Positions 28,386-41,295 of a stretch of 64,000 nucleotides of DNA are shown here, piece after piece. A program made the position numbers and the translations under genes. The stretch spans positions 6,710 to 70,709 of the forward strand of contig CAZPLJ010000004.1 of assembly GCA_964587545.1 (NCBI GenBank), in the 5' to 3' direction. This stretch comes from an uncultured Caulobacterales bacterium (GTDB taxonomy: Bacteria > Pseudomonadota > Alphaproteobacteria > Caulobacterales > Maricaulaceae). The notes under the pieces are model-generated. The model searched no databases, had not been told where the DNA came from, and saw nothing but the letters and a program-made list of their open reading frames with translations. The stretch's first letter is position 1. Each line of letters begins with the position of its first letter.

Positions 28386-29096
28386 ATGACACAGAGATAT
28401 TTTTGGAAATTATTGACGCGAGTACATAAATGGGCAGGTTTGATACTTGGAGCTCAGATATTTGTTTGGTTTATGAGTGGGTTTTTTATGACTCTCTTTC
28501 CCATCGATGATGTGAGAGGACGTCATCTTGCGGAACAAACAGAATGGTCGCTAACAGATATTGAAATCATCCCGATAGAGTTGGTTATGGATTTATATCT
28601 CGGAGAGCTTACGGGTGCTACACTTACAAGTCATGCGGGACAACCAGCCTATGCCCTGATCGGAGATAGCGGCACTCAACTTGTGAATGCTCGAACAGGT
28701 GAAAATTGGACGCCAATCACCGAAAAGGAAATAGGTCATACCGCTTTGGAGTATTACAAGGGAACAGGGAAAATTGTTCATATGGTTCGGTTAAGTGATA
28801 CGCCTTCCGAATATCGGGGCAAGGTGCCTGTTTGGCAGGTGCAATTTAACGATAGTTCAAAAACGCGATTATATCTTGATGCTGAAACGGCGAGGTTGAA
28901 GGCTGTTCGTACAAAGCTTTGGCGTGTTTATGATTTTATGTGGATGCTACACATAATGGATTATACGCGTGAAGATGATTTTCATAGTTGGTGGTTGCGT
29001 TTGGCTGCCTGTCTCTCATTGTTATTTGCGATATCTGGTATATTACTCGTGATCCACCGAGTACTTCTCAGGCCCAAGACAAAAATATTAACATAG
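28386..29096 (+). CDS. PepSY-associated TM protein
   Basis: The N-terminus (RVHKWAGLILGAQIFVWFMSGFFM) and a C-terminal TM with a WW/H-rich segment are typical of PepSY-TM proteins. I chose the ATG at 28386. Confidence 0.6.
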   Translation: MTQRYFWKLLTRVHKWAGLILGAQIFVWFMSGFFMTLFPIDDVRGRHLAEQTEWSLTDIEIIPIELVMDLYLGELTGATLTSHAGQPAYALIGDSGTQLVNARTGENWTPITEKEIGHTALEYYKGTGKIVHMVRLSDTPSEYRGKVPVWQVQFNDSSKTRLYLDAETARLKAVRTKLWRVYDFMWMLHIMDYTREDDFHSWWLRLAACLSLLFAISGILLVIHRVLLRPKTKILT

Positions 29097-29174
29097 TTCT
29101 GTAAGAATCATTGCTCATCGACTTCAAAAACGTATCTTAAAAGATGATTCGGGTGTTTTGTGCGGAGTGCGACT

Positions 29175-30434
29175 ATGAACTTATTTGGAAAACCTAAGAA
29201 AAAAGATGATGTGGGTTTACGCTCTCATCTTGTTTTAGAAGAAACGAAGATTGTTGATAAAAAGACTTTCGACACAGATCCTTTGGCCGTTGCGCGTCAG
29301 TCAGTGCATGATTTTAATCGCGAACTTAAAGAAAGCGCCTCTCGTCAGCAAGCTGCGCTTAATAGAGTGGACTCGCTGAATAAACTTATTTCCAACATGG
29401 AACTTGACCTTAAGAACTTACGTCGTTTGGAAGAGGAAAATAAGGACTTAAATAGGACGGTTCTCGAGACTGAGTCAAAGTTAGCGCAAAAGTCGTCTTG
29501 GGCCAGTGAACTGGATAGTAAATATACAGATCTTGAGCGTCGTCATTCTGACATGCGGGAAAATTTAGAAACGGCAAAGGCCAAACTCGCCGCAGCTCGT
29601 GATCAAGAGTTAACTCTTGAATCCCGTATTGGGGAGCAAGAGCAATCGATCCGCACGCTTACAAACAGAAGCGAAACAGCAGAAGATCAACAGCTCCATA
29701 CTCAGCAATCTCTTGATAAATTACGTGAAGCTCTGGACGGTCAGTCGGCTGAGCTAGCTCAGCGCAATCGTGAAGGGATTGAACTTAAGAATAATTTGGA
29801 CGAATTGGGCACCAAGTTTGATCGTAAGTCTAAACAGGCCGACGCGACAATTGTTGAGCTTAAAAACCTTCGTCTTGACTATAATGAGCTTAAAACACGT
29901 CATGTTGAGCTAAACGGGACGTTGGAGAATACGAAATATGATTTGCGTACGCAGAAAAATGTTTTCGATGAAACCGTTAAGCGCCGTGAAGAGGAAAATC
30001 TCGCTCTGAAAACACGTATTGATCAGCTTGAGACACAAGTGCGTATTAAAGAAAATATGTCAACGCATCTGGACCAAGAGTTTATTACGTTGCGTAATGA
30101 GCTCCTAAACGAGCGGGATCGTTGCTCTTCGCTTGAGACACGTTTGAGAACCAAGTCCGAAGAGGTTGATCGCAGTGGTGGTGCCTTGGCTAAAGCGAAA
30201 ATCGAGTATGAAGAGCTAAATGCCAAATTCGCAGCCACAATCGAAGATTTCGAGACTATGCGCAAAATCAATCAGATGCAGCGTGAGAAGCTTGAGCGTT
30301 ACGCATCACTTGGTGGTGTAACGGTCGGACAAGCGGTATTAAATATGGATATTAATCCAATAGATCGCGACGCACCTGTTTACATTCCAGAAGACAGTGA
30401 AAACGTCATGCGCTTAAAGCCGAAAAAAGGCTGA
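29175..30434 (+). CDS. long coiled-coil protein (about 419 aa)
   Basis: The rod is almost continuously heptad-like and rich in E/K/R/L/Q. It has a short basic head (MNLFGKPKKKDD), no TM and no signal peptide. SD is GGAG. Confidence 0.7.
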   Translation: MNLFGKPKKKDDVGLRSHLVLEETKIVDKKTFDTDPLAVARQSVHDFNRELKESASRQQAALNRVDSLNKLISNMELDLKNLRRLEEENKDLNRTVLETESKLAQKSSWASELDSKYTDLERRHSDMRENLETAKAKLAAARDQELTLESRIGEQEQSIRTLTNRSETAEDQQLHTQQSLDKLREALDGQSAELAQRNREGIELKNNLDELGTKFDRKSKQADATIVELKNLRLDYNELKTRHVELNGTLENTKYDLRTQKNVFDETVKRREEENLALKTRIDQLETQVRIKENMSTHLDQEFITLRNELLNERDRCSSLETRLRTKSEEVDRSGGALAKAKIEYEELNAKFAATIEDFETMRKINQMQREKLERYASLGGVTVGQAVLNMDINPIDRDAPVYIPEDSENVMRLKPKKG

Positions 30435-30461
30435 TAAACTTTTTAGAATAAAATGAAAAAT

Positions 30462-30485
30462 CCGCCTTAATTGGCGGCTTTTTTT
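30462..30485. terminator. bidirectional rho-independent terminator between convergent genes
   Basis: AAAAA-tCCGCC-TTAATT-GGCGG-cTTTTTTT. The T-tract overlaps the fsa/tal stop codon. Confidence 0.6.
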
Positions 30486-31137
30486 ATAAAATAGATTGGC
30501 CGGTGCCTTCCCAATCTTTGAGGAAGGCGGCTAGCCCTTTATCAGTCAAAATATGTTGAGATAGCTGCCGGATAACTTTCGGTGGCGCCGTCATGACATC
30601 GGCTCCGATGAGAGCACATTCCTTGACATGATTAATGTTACGAATAGATGCGGCTAATATTTCTGTTTCATAACCGTAATTGTCATAAATAGTGCGGATA
30701 TCATCAATGAGCTCAAGGCCATCCAAAGAGATGTCATCCAGCCGTCCGATAAAAGGTGAAATATAGGTCGCGCCGACTTTGGCCGCGAGCAATGCCTGAT
30801 TAGGCGAAAAACAGAGCGTGACATTTGTGGCTGCACCTTCTTTGGAAAGGGTGTTGCATGCTTTCAGGCCATCCATAGTCAGTGGCAATTTGATGCAAAC
30901 ATTCTCGGCAATCTTACGAAGATGCCGACCTTCTTCGATCATCTTATCAGCCTCAGTCGCGACCACCTCGGCACTGACATGGCCTTCGACCATTTTGCAA
31001 ATTTCCGCAATGACTTCTTTAAAGTCCCGGCCAGATTTGGCGATTATAGACGGGTTTGTCGTCACCCCATCAACGAGACCAATATCATTAAGTTCAGCGA
31101 TTTGATCAAGATCGGCACTATCAACAAAAAATTTCAT
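30484..31137 (-). CDS. transaldolase type 3B / fructose-6-phosphate aldolase family
   Basis: About 217 aa. [31 protein letters not shown] is the canonical N-terminus of the family. Confidence 0.9.
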   Translation of the reverse strand: MKFFVDSADLDQIAELNDIGLVDGVTTNPSIIAKSGRDFKEVIAEICKMVEGHVSAEVVATEADKMIEEGRHLRKIAENVCIKLPLTMDGLKACNTLSKEGAATNVTLCFSPNQALLAAKVGATYISPFIGRLDDISLDGLELIDDIRTIYDNYGYETEILAASIRNINHVKECALIGADVMTAPPKVIRQLSQHILTDKGLAAFLKDWEGTGQSIL

Positions 31138-31178
31138 AGGGTTCTCCAAAAAGCGTCCGAGTCATATATACATCTTCC

Positions 31179-33338
31179 ATGCCTGCGCAAGTTGCTCAAG
31201 TCTTGTTTCCGGTCAATGTGCCGGAACCCTTTGATTATGCCGTCCCACCCGGCATGACTTTGCGTGTGGGTGAGTATGTTTTCGCCCCACTTGGCTCACA
31301 AATGAAACTCGGTGTTATCTGGAATACAAGGCGTTCAGATCAAACGAACAATCTCAAAGAGATTGCTGAGGTCAAGCGAACCAAACCTCTATCTGAATTC
31401 ATGATTAAATTTGTGGATTGGACGGCACGTTATAACTGTGTCTCGCCAGGTATGGTTCTTCGGATGATTATCAGATCTTACAAGGCTTTGGACCCCAGTC
31501 AGATGGCGACCTATTATCAGCCCAGCGGACAATTACCGCCAAAGATTACCGCTAGTCGTCAATCTATCTTGGATCATGGCGGACCCTTTCCGGCGCGCGC
31601 TAGTGAGATTTCAAAACGTGCAAATGTCAGTGCGGGAGTTGTCAAAGGATTTGCGTCTGCAGGTGGATTAATCGCTAATCAAAGGCCTGTCGATCCACCA
31701 TTTGAAGAGCCTGATCCCGATTTTGGATCTAAGGAGCTGACCCATTCCCAAATAGAAGGCGCTAAAAATTTGGTTAGCCTGGTGGCGAGGGAGACGTTTA
31801 ATGTCGCCTTATTGGACGGGGTTACAGGTTCTGGAAAAACGGAAGTTTATTTCGAAGCCGTGGCCGAAGCCATCAGACGAGGCGGGCAGGCGCTTATCCT
31901 TGTTCCCGAAATCGCGCTCACACAGGCAGCACTCACACGGTTTAAGGCCCGCTTCGGGGTAGAACCTGCGCCGTGGCACTCGGCCCTGGGAGACGCCGCC
32001 CGCCGTCGTAGTTGGCGCGAAGTGGCACAAGGCCGGGCCAAGCTCGTTGTTGGTGCGCGCTCAGCTCTATATTTGCCGTTTCCAAACCTCAAATTGATTG
32101 TTGTCGATGAGGAACATGACACTTCCTATAAGCAAGAAGAAGGTGTCATTTATAATGCACGGGACATGGCGGTGGTCAGGGGAAAAATAGCCGGCCATTC
32201 TGTTGTTTTAGCATCTGCTACGCCGTCTCTGGAAAGTTTGGTCAATGCGCGAACTGGTCGATATAGCCATGTGCTGCTTCCCGAACGCCCGGGCGCAATC
32301 ACCTTGCCGGATATTGATCTCGTTGATTTAAAAGAACATGTTCCGAATAAAGGTGATTTTTTATCCCAACCCTTAATAGACGCGACACGTGCAGTTCTCT
32401 CGCGCGGGGAGCAAGCCATGTTGTTTCTCAATCGACGAGGTTATGCGCCGCTGATTATTTGTCGGGCATGCGGCGAGAAACTTAAAAGTCCGGACACAGA
32501 CAGCTGGTTGGTTGAACATAAAGCCACGGGGCGAGCCATGTGTCATCAGACCGGTTTTTCTATGCCTATGCCCACTGCCTGTCCGGAATGTAAAACCGAA
32601 GACAGTCTGACATCCGTGGGGCCAGGAGTTGAACGGGTGGCCGAAGAAGCCGAGCGTCATTTCCCGAATGCGAAAATAGAAATATTCTCATCTGACACGG
32701 CAGGAAGTGCCGACTCTATCCGAGACCGGATGCAGCGAATGGAGGCCGGAGAGATTGATATTCTGGTCGGTACGCAAATGGTTGTTAAAGGTCATAACTT
32801 TCCTTGGCTGACTTTTGTGGGTGTCGTTGATGGAGACCTAAGTCTTGCCGGGGGTGATCCTCGCGCCGGAGAACGCACCTATCAGACTTTAGTGCAAGTT
32901 GCGGGTCGGGCGGGACGGGCCGATAAACCTGGCAACGCGCTTATCCAAACCCATCAACCCGAACATGAAGCACTAGCTGCGCTGGCCGCAGGTGACCGCG
33001 AGCAATTTATCTCAGCAGAATTGGCGCTTCGCGAAATTTTGGAATTACCACCTTATGGCAAATTGGCAGGCGTGATTATCTCAAGCCCCGATCTAAAACA
33101 AACGGAGGATATCGCCCGAAAATTCGTTGCGCTGGCACCGCGTGCCGAAGGTATTGAGATTTTAGGGCCAAGCGAGCCACCTCTTGGGCGACTAAGAGGG
33201 CGCTTTCGCCGTCGAATTTTGGTACAAGCAACATCCAACGTCAATCTATCCGCTTATATGGGAGCTTGGCGCCCCAGATTAAAACTTCCCGCTAAAGCCC
33301 GCTTACATATCGATATCGATCCACAAAGTTTCATGTAG
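31179..33338 (+). CDS. priA: primosomal replication restart helicase PriA
   Basis: 719 aa with Walker A GVTGSGKTEVY, DEEHD, and a Cys-rich zinc insert (CRACGEKL...CPECK). Confidence 0.95.
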   Translation: MPAQVAQVLFPVNVPEPFDYAVPPGMTLRVGEYVFAPLGSQMKLGVIWNTRRSDQTNNLKEIAEVKRTKPLSEFMIKFVDWTARYNCVSPGMVLRMIIRSYKALDPSQMATYYQPSGQLPPKITASRQSILDHGGPFPARASEISKRANVSAGVVKGFASAGGLIANQRPVDPPFEEPDPDFGSKELTHSQIEGAKNLVSLVARETFNVALLDGVTGSGKTEVYFEAVAEAIRRGGQALILVPEIALTQAALTRFKARFGVEPAPWHSALGDAARRRSWREVAQGRAKLVVGARSALYLPFPNLKLIVVDEEHDTSYKQEEGVIYNARDMAVVRGKIAGHSVVLASATPSLESLVNARTGRYSHVLLPERPGAITLPDIDLVDLKEHVPNKGDFLSQPLIDATRAVLSRGEQAMLFLNRRGYAPLIICRACGEKLKSPDTDSWLVEHKATGRAMCHQTGFSMPMPTACPECKTEDSLTSVGPGVERVAEEAERHFPNAKIEIFSSDTAGSADSIRDRMQRMEAGEIDILVGTQMVVKGHNFPWLTFVGVVDGDLSLAGGDPRAGERTYQTLVQVAGRAGRADKPGNALIQTHQPEHEALAALAAGDREQFISAELALREILELPPYGKLAGVIISSPDLKQTEDIARKFVALAPRAEGIEILGPSEPPLGRLRGRFRRRILVQATSNVNLSAYMGAWRPRLKLPAKARLHIDIDPQSFM

Positions 33339-33424
33339 ATTGACTCTAAAAACTGCATTTTTAAGATTAAAATATTGCAACCAATTATTCGTGACAGTAG
33401 GGTATACTCGTAAAAGGGGGTTAT

Positions 33425-34135
33425 ATGAAAAAGATTTTTCTAGCGCTAGCGATGGCAAGTTTTCTCACATCAGCGTGCACGACAACAAAAATTAAAGAAA
33501 CGACCAATAATTTCACTGCGGTAAAAAACCCCATAATGTTGGTATTGGATCCGGACGTAGAAGCTCAAGCGATATTAGTCAGTGGTGTATTTGAAACTCG
33601 CGCCGATTGGTCTCTTGATGCTCGAAATAACATGGAAGATGCGCTTAAGACAGTTCTCGCTGGAAAATCGTCAAACGTGAAGATTGTTTCTCTAAGTGGA
33701 AATCTTACGTCACGACAACAGCAAATTATCAAACTTAACGACGCAGTTGCATTGGCGTCGCTCACACATGATTACGGTCAAACATTTAAACTTCCTACGA
33801 AAAAAGATGCATTTGATCGGACAATAGGACCGGGTGCTAAAGCTCTGGCAGATGGAACTGGTGCCGACTATGCGCTTAAGTTAGTCGCCGCAGGGCATTA
33901 TAACTCAACAGGGGGCCAACTCAAAAATATAGCTAGCCTTGTTTCCGTCGCTGCCATAGGCGTGGGGCCAGGCCTTCAGTTTGGCGAGCAGACAGTTTTT
34001 GCGTCGTTAATTGACACCCAAACTGGAGACGTCGTTTGGTCAAACCGGGCGTCAAACCTTGGTGGCTCCGACATGCGAAAACCCGAAGGTGCTGTAAGTT
34101 TAATTGAAGACGTGCTTAAGGGTTTTCCTCTGTGA
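33425..34135 (+). CDS. hypothetical lipoprotein
   Basis: Lipobox LTSAC after a signal peptide. 236 aa, with its stop overlapping the start of the M48 gene. Confidence 0.6.
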   Translation: MKKIFLALAMASFLTSACTTTKIKETTNNFTAVKNPIMLVLDPDVEAQAILVSGVFETRADWSLDARNNMEDALKTVLAGKSSNVKIVSLSGNLTSRQQQIIKLNDAVALASLTHDYGQTFKLPTKKDAFDRTIGPGAKALADGTGADYALKLVAAGHYNSTGGQLKNIASLVSVAAIGVGPGLQFGEQTVFASLIDTQTGDVVWSNRASNLGGSDMRKPEGAVSLIEDVLKGFPL

Positions 34136-35298
34136 GAGTGAAGCCAAGAGGTTTTGTTTCGACGCTGCTATTGGCAACCTGCTTATCTGTTTCCACTCAA
34201 GCTCAACGACCTACGGATAATAGTACTGATGAAGCTGGGCTATGGTATCAAGTCGATAAAATTGAGAAAGATATCCAGACAGCTGGGGTCAGACTCACAG
34301 ATCCCGATCTTAATAACTATGTCAATAAGCTGACATGCGATATTGTTGGGCCAGATTGCAATCAGCTTAGAGTATATGTCATTGAAGCGCCTGTTTTTAA
34401 CGCGTCCATGTATCCGAATGGTATGATGCTAATTTTTTCAGGTCTCTTATTAAGAGCTGAAAATGAAGCCCAAGTGGCTTGCGTGATTGGTCATGAATTT
34501 GGTCATTACAAGAACAAAGATTCTTTGGAAAGGTGGCGTAAAATTAAAGATTGGTCGAATGTGGCAATGCTTTTTAGCTTAACTGGAGCCGCAACGGGAA
34601 CAGGTTCTGCAGAAGGTTCAACTGGATTTATTTACCTTGCCCAAGCCGCTATTCAAGGGTTTTCGAGAGAGCAGGAAAGGGAAGCTGATGAGGTTGGGTT
34701 TAAGCTCACGGCGGATGCCAGTTATAAATCTGACGAGTGTTCAATCATTTGGGGTAATCTCATTGATGAGCAGGAAGCGTCTAGTTTCAAAAGAGTTAGA
34801 AAACGCGTAAATCAAGGTAGTGTATTCTCTAGCCACCCTCTCACAAAAGAGCGCAAAAAGACACTTGCAGCCTTCGCCAAGCAAACGCCGGGCGGTGCAA
34901 AAACAGGGCAGGCAAATCACAAAACCTCTACGGATAAATTCCTGGAAGATTGGCTGCGAACGGAATTACTTGCTAAAGATTATGATCGACATCTCCATCT
35001 TTTCGAGGCTCTAAAAGCTCAAGGTAGAAATGAAGGTATATTGAATTATTATATTGGCGAAGCGTATCGATTGCGCGGCGAAGACGGCGATCGAGACTTG
35101 GCGTTTGAAGCTTGGGAAGAGGCCGCTAAATTCCAGGGTGCACCCCCAGAATTGTGGCGGACATTAGGTGAGTATTACAGACGTAAGAAAGACAAACCTA
35201 AAGCCTTGCAGGCTTATCAAACCTATCTAGCTAAGGCGCCACATGCACCGGAACGGCAACTGATTAACGCCTATATCCAAAGATTAAAATCACCATAA
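34132..35298 (+). CDS. exported M48 family zinc metallopeptidase with C-terminal TPR-like region
   Basis: Signal peptide, HEFGH zinc motif, downstream EREADEVG, and a helical C-terminus (GEAYRLRGE...ALQAYQTYL). Confidence 0.8.
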   Translation: MRVKPRGFVSTLLLATCLSVSTQAQRPTDNSTDEAGLWYQVDKIEKDIQTAGVRLTDPDLNNYVNKLTCDIVGPDCNQLRVYVIEAPVFNASMYPNGMMLIFSGLLLRAENEAQVACVIGHEFGHYKNKDSLERWRKIKDWSNVAMLFSLTGAATGTGSAEGSTGFIYLAQAAIQGFSREQEREADEVGFKLTADASYKSDECSIIWGNLIDEQEASSFKRVRKRVNQGSVFSSHPLTKERKKTLAAFAKQTPGGAKTGQANHKTSTDKFLEDWLRTELLAKDYDRHLHLFEALKAQGRNEGILNYYIGEAYRLRGEDGDRDLAFEAWEEAAKFQGAPPELWRTLGEYYRRKKDKPKALQAYQTYLAKAPHAPERQLINAYIQRLKSP

Positions 35299-35321
35299 TG
35301 TATAAATAAGGGGTTTATACC

Positions 35322-35936
35322 ATGAAAATGAGACAGACTTTTATCGCAATTATTAGCGCCGTCCTAATATCGGGTTGCGCGTCCACGGCATTTAATGCGG
35401 CTGGTGGAGCCAGTTTAGCACCAACTGGAAAATTTGATGTTGGGTCATTTATCGTGAATTTACCGTCTGATTTGAATAGCATTAAAGTACGGACTGATGA
35501 CGGAGATCGAGGTTATTTACTGACGCAGGATGGCCCGTCTCTGGATTCAATTTATCTGTTTAGTGATATTCAGGATGGGGACGCGATATTAAAACAATTT
35601 CGTAAAGAGAACCCAGTCCCAAAATATAGCGACGAAATGTTTGATTTGGAATTAGTCGAGTTTCTAATCGATACGATATCAAAAGGAACAGATCTGAGGG
35701 TACGATCATCAAATGTCAGACCTGGAAGTTTTCTTGGAGAGGAAGCCATTTTATTTGATATAAATGGTGTTTCATCTCGAGGCCTCAATATGACAGGTTC
35801 TGCTTTGATGTCGGCGACTGATGCAGGGCTCGATGTTGCGTTTTATATCGCGCCCCAAGAATATTACGCTCCCAGAATTAAAGCCAGTTTTGATTCAATC
35901 CTTGGTTCCGCCGTCTCGGATGGTGATAGCAGTTAA
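35322..35936 (+). CDS. hypothetical lipoprotein
   Basis: Lipobox LISGC. 204 aa, located 23 nt downstream of the M48 gene with SD AAGGGG. Confidence 0.6.
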   Translation: MKMRQTFIAIISAVLISGCASTAFNAAGGASLAPTGKFDVGSFIVNLPSDLNSIKVRTDDGDRGYLLTQDGPSLDSIYLFSDIQDGDAILKQFRKENPVPKYSDEMFDLELVEFLIDTISKGTDLRVRSSNVRPGSFLGEEAILFDINGVSSRGLNMTGSALMSATDAGLDVAFYIAPQEYYAPRIKASFDSILGSAVSDGDSS

Positions 35937-36113
35937 GTCAATTCAATAGAGCCAACGTGTCGCACTTCGTTAAGGGTTGAGAGCCTAAAAGTCCCGTGCT
36001 AAACCGCGCGCGAGTTTGAGGGTGACAACGATTTATGTTGCCTGAATATCTGGGTTTTTGAGTGTAATGTTCATTGCAATCAAGAGTTCTGCTAAGAGAG
36101 ACGGATCGTAATT

Positions 36114-36671
36114 TTGGCCAAGTCACAAAATATAAATAGCCAAGCCGCTGGGCGATATGCTCTGGCCCTTCTGGAGCTGGCGGAAGGTGCTAAGTCACTG
36201 AAAACAGTAGAAAAAGACCTTGCTAAAGTTAAAAAGCTGTTTGCAGATAATGAAAGCATTCGTGCGATGGCCGCGAGCCCTGTTTATGCGACTGAAGATA
36301 AGGTCAACGCGATTGTGGCAATTGCGAAGAAAGCCAAAATTGGCAAGCTTGTATCGAACTTTATAGGTACTGTGACACAGAATCGCCGCGCGCCGGAAAT
36401 CCCTGCCATGATTGCTGAATTTGAAGCTTTGCTCGCAAGACGCCGCGGTTCTCAGATCGCAAGGGTAACGAGTGCTAAGAAATTAACGTCGGCGCAGCTG
36501 ACGAAACTAAAAGCCGAGCTTAAGAAATCGCTTGGCCGGGCCGTTGAAGTCGAAACCAGTGTTGACGAAAGCCTTTTAGGTGGCTTCGTCGTTAGCGTCG
36601 GTTCAAAGCTTTATGATAGCTCACTTAAAACAAAAATTGAAGATTTGAAACTGGCCCTAAAACAGGCCTGA
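36114..36671 (+). CDS. atpH: F1 ATP synthase subunit delta
   Basis: 185 aa OSCP-like protein ([12 protein letters not shown]) with a TTG start. It is the first gene of atpHAGDC. Confidence 0.9.
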   Translation: MAKSQNINSQAAGRYALALLELAEGAKSLKTVEKDLAKVKKLFADNESIRAMAASPVYATEDKVNAIVAIAKKAKIGKLVSNFIGTVTQNRRAPEIPAMIAEFEALLARRRGSQIARVTSAKKLTSAQLTKLKAELKKSLGRAVEVETSVDESLLGGFVVSVGSKLYDSSLKTKIEDLKLALKQA

Positions 36672-36687
36672 CCAAAGAGGTAATATC

Positions 36688-38220
36688 ATGGATATTCGTG
36701 CTGCCGAAATTTCCAACATACTAAAGAAGCAAATCAAGGGGTTTGGGACAGATGCCAAAGTCTCAGATGTCGGACAGGTGTTATCGGTCGGTGACGGTAT
36801 TGCCCGCGTATACGGACTAGATAATGTCCGCGCTGGTGAGATGGTCGAATTTCCGGGCGGCATTAAGGGTATGGCGCTTAACCTTGAGAGCGACAATGTC
36901 GGTGTTGTTATTTTTGGTGATGACCGCGGTATTAAAGAAGGCGATACTGTTAAACGTCTGGGTGAAATCGTGGACGTGCCTGTTGGTAAAGGTCTTCTCG
37001 GTCGTGTGGTTAATCCATTAGGTGAGCCGATAGATGGTAAAGGTCCGATTGTTGAAGCAGAACGCCGCCGTGTTGATGTTAAAGCGCCGGGTATTATTCC
37101 GCGTAAATCTGTGCATGAGCCTGTTCAAACGGGTATTAAAGCGATTGACGCGCTTATCCCGATCGGACGTGGCCAACGCGAATTAATCATTGGTGACCGC
37201 CAAACAGGTAAAACGGCTGTGGCGGTGGATGCGATCCTCAACCAAAAAGCCGCTTTTGATAATGATCGCGAAAATGACAAGCTTTACTGTATTTATGTTG
37301 TGATTGGCCAGAAGCGCTCAACAGTGGCGCAACTCGTTAAAACGCTCGAAGAGCGCGGCGCGATGGATTATTCAATTATTGTATCGGCGACAGCGTCGGA
37401 GCCAGCACCTATGCAGTTTATTGCGCCTTTCTCAGGCTGCGCGATGGGCGAGTATTTCCGCGATAATGGCATGCATGCGCTGATCGTTTATGATGACCTT
37501 TCAAAACAGGCCGTAGCTTATCGTCAAATGTCACTTCTTCTTCGTCGTCCTCCGGGTCGCGAAGCCTATCCGGGTGATGTTTTCTATCTCCACTCCCGTC
37601 TCTTAGAGCGTGCTGCGAAAATGAATGATGATGAAGGTGCAGGATCTTTAACGGCGCTGCCAATTATCGAAACACAAGCTAACGATGTGTCGGCCTATAT
37701 TCCAACCAATGTTATCTCGATTACGGATGGTCAGATCTTCTTAGAAACTGATCTCTTCTTCCAAGGTATCCGCCCGGCCCTTAACGTCGGTCTGTCGGTT
37801 TCTCGCGTGGGATCATCTGCTCAAATTAAAGCGATGAAACAGGTTGCGGGTCCAATTAAAGGTGAGCTTGCGCAGTACCGTGAAATGGCGGCTTTCGCGC
37901 AGTTTGGTTCTGACCTTGATGTATCAACGCAAAGACTTCTAGCTCGTGGTGAGCGTCTTACAGAGCTTTTAAAACAGGACCAATATTCTCCGCTTCAAGT
38001 GGAAGAACAGGTCGTGGTTATTTATGCCGGAACGCGTGGTTATTTGGATGATGTCGCCGTGGGTGATGTCCGTAAATATGAAAAAGATTTGCTCGCGCAT
38101 TTCCATTCTGAACATAGCTCAATTCTATCAGACATCGCGTCTGAGAAAAAGCTATCTGATGATCTTGAGAACCGTATGAAGTCCGCGATTGATAACTTCA
38201 CTAAGAATTTTGCGGCCTAA
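36688..38220 (+). CDS. atpA: F1 ATP synthase subunit alpha
   Basis: 510 aa with P-loop GDRQTGKT and canonical alpha-subunit sequence throughout. Confidence 0.97.
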   Translation: MDIRAAEISNILKKQIKGFGTDAKVSDVGQVLSVGDGIARVYGLDNVRAGEMVEFPGGIKGMALNLESDNVGVVIFGDDRGIKEGDTVKRLGEIVDVPVGKGLLGRVVNPLGEPIDGKGPIVEAERRRVDVKAPGIIPRKSVHEPVQTGIKAIDALIPIGRGQRELIIGDRQTGKTAVAVDAILNQKAAFDNDRENDKLYCIYVVIGQKRSTVAQLVKTLEERGAMDYSIIVSATASEPAPMQFIAPFSGCAMGEYFRDNGMHALIVYDDLSKQAVAYRQMSLLLRRPPGREAYPGDVFYLHSRLLERAAKMNDDEGAGSLTALPIIETQANDVSAYIPTNVISITDGQIFLETDLFFQGIRPALNVGLSVSRVGSSAQIKAMKQVAGPIKGELAQYREMAAFAQFGSDLDVSTQRLLARGERLTELLKQDQYSPLQVEEQVVVIYAGTRGYLDDVAVGDVRKYEKDLLAHFHSEHSSILSDIASEKKLSDDLENRMKSAIDNFTKNFAA

Positions 38221-38242
38221 GACAGGCATATAGGACCTCATC

Positions 38243-40656
<2,414 letters not shown>

Positions 40657-40686
40657 TTGGTAAATAAACTCGATATCAAGGACTGT

Positions 40687-40836
40687 GTGAATGACATTTG
40701 TCCTTGGTCTGGTGATAAAGTTTCAGCCGACAGCCTTACCCTCTTCAAAGGTAAGGTTGTCGGGTTTTGTAATCCCGGATGTCGGGATAAATTCGAAAAG
40801 GCCGTAGGCCATTTCGAGCAAAGTTTCGGAGCCTGA
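40687..40836 (+). CDS. candidate TRASH/YHS-like Cys-motif mini-protein (49 aa) between atpD and atpC
   Basis: Hand translation is VNDICPWSGDKVSADSLTLFKGKVVGFCNPGCRDKFEKAVGHFEQSFGA, giving a C-X22-C-X3-C pattern. SD AAGGA lies 4 nt upstream of the GTG, and TTG 40657 is an alternative start. Confidence 0.5.
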   Translation: MNDICPWSGDKVSADSLTLFKGKVVGFCNPGCRDKFEKAVGHFEQSFGA

Positions 40837-40839
40837 TAT

Positions 40840-41232
40840 ATGGCAGACAAGCTTAATTTTTCTCTGGTTTCACCCGAAGCCGAATTATTCACGGGCGAGG
40901 TGGATCAAGTTGATCTCCCTGGCACAGAGGGCGATTTGGGTATTCTCCCTGATCACTCACCTTTGATGGCGGGTATTCGTACGGGAGCTATTACTGTCTA
41001 CGCTGACGGGGCAACTTCCGTTTATTTTGTACAAGGCGGATTTGCGGACGCCACGCCAGCTGGTTTGACCGTATTGGCCGAGCAGGCCACATCGGTCGCT
41101 GATCTTGACCGGGCAGGTATTGAAGCCGAGCTTGAAAAAGCTAAAGCCGCGATTGCAAACCTTGAAGGTGAAGATGCGCTTCTCGCGCAACAAAATCTCG
41201 ACGGTTTGACCGAGATGCTCGCCAAGGTCTAG
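40840..41232 (+). CDS. atpC: F1 ATP synthase subunit epsilon
   Basis: 130 aa with LVSPEAELFTGEVDQVDLPGTEGDLGILPDHSPL typical of epsilon. Confidence 0.9.
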   Translation: MADKLNFSLVSPEAELFTGEVDQVDLPGTEGDLGILPDHSPLMAGIRTGAITVYADGATSVYFVQGGFADATPAGLTVLAEQATSVADLDRAGIEAELEKAKAAIANLEGEDALLAQQNLDGLTEMLAKV

Positions 41233-41295
41233 TTGTTCCTACCTTAAATTCGCGTATTAATAGCCAATTCATGTGAATCCATCTATTAGGGCCTG

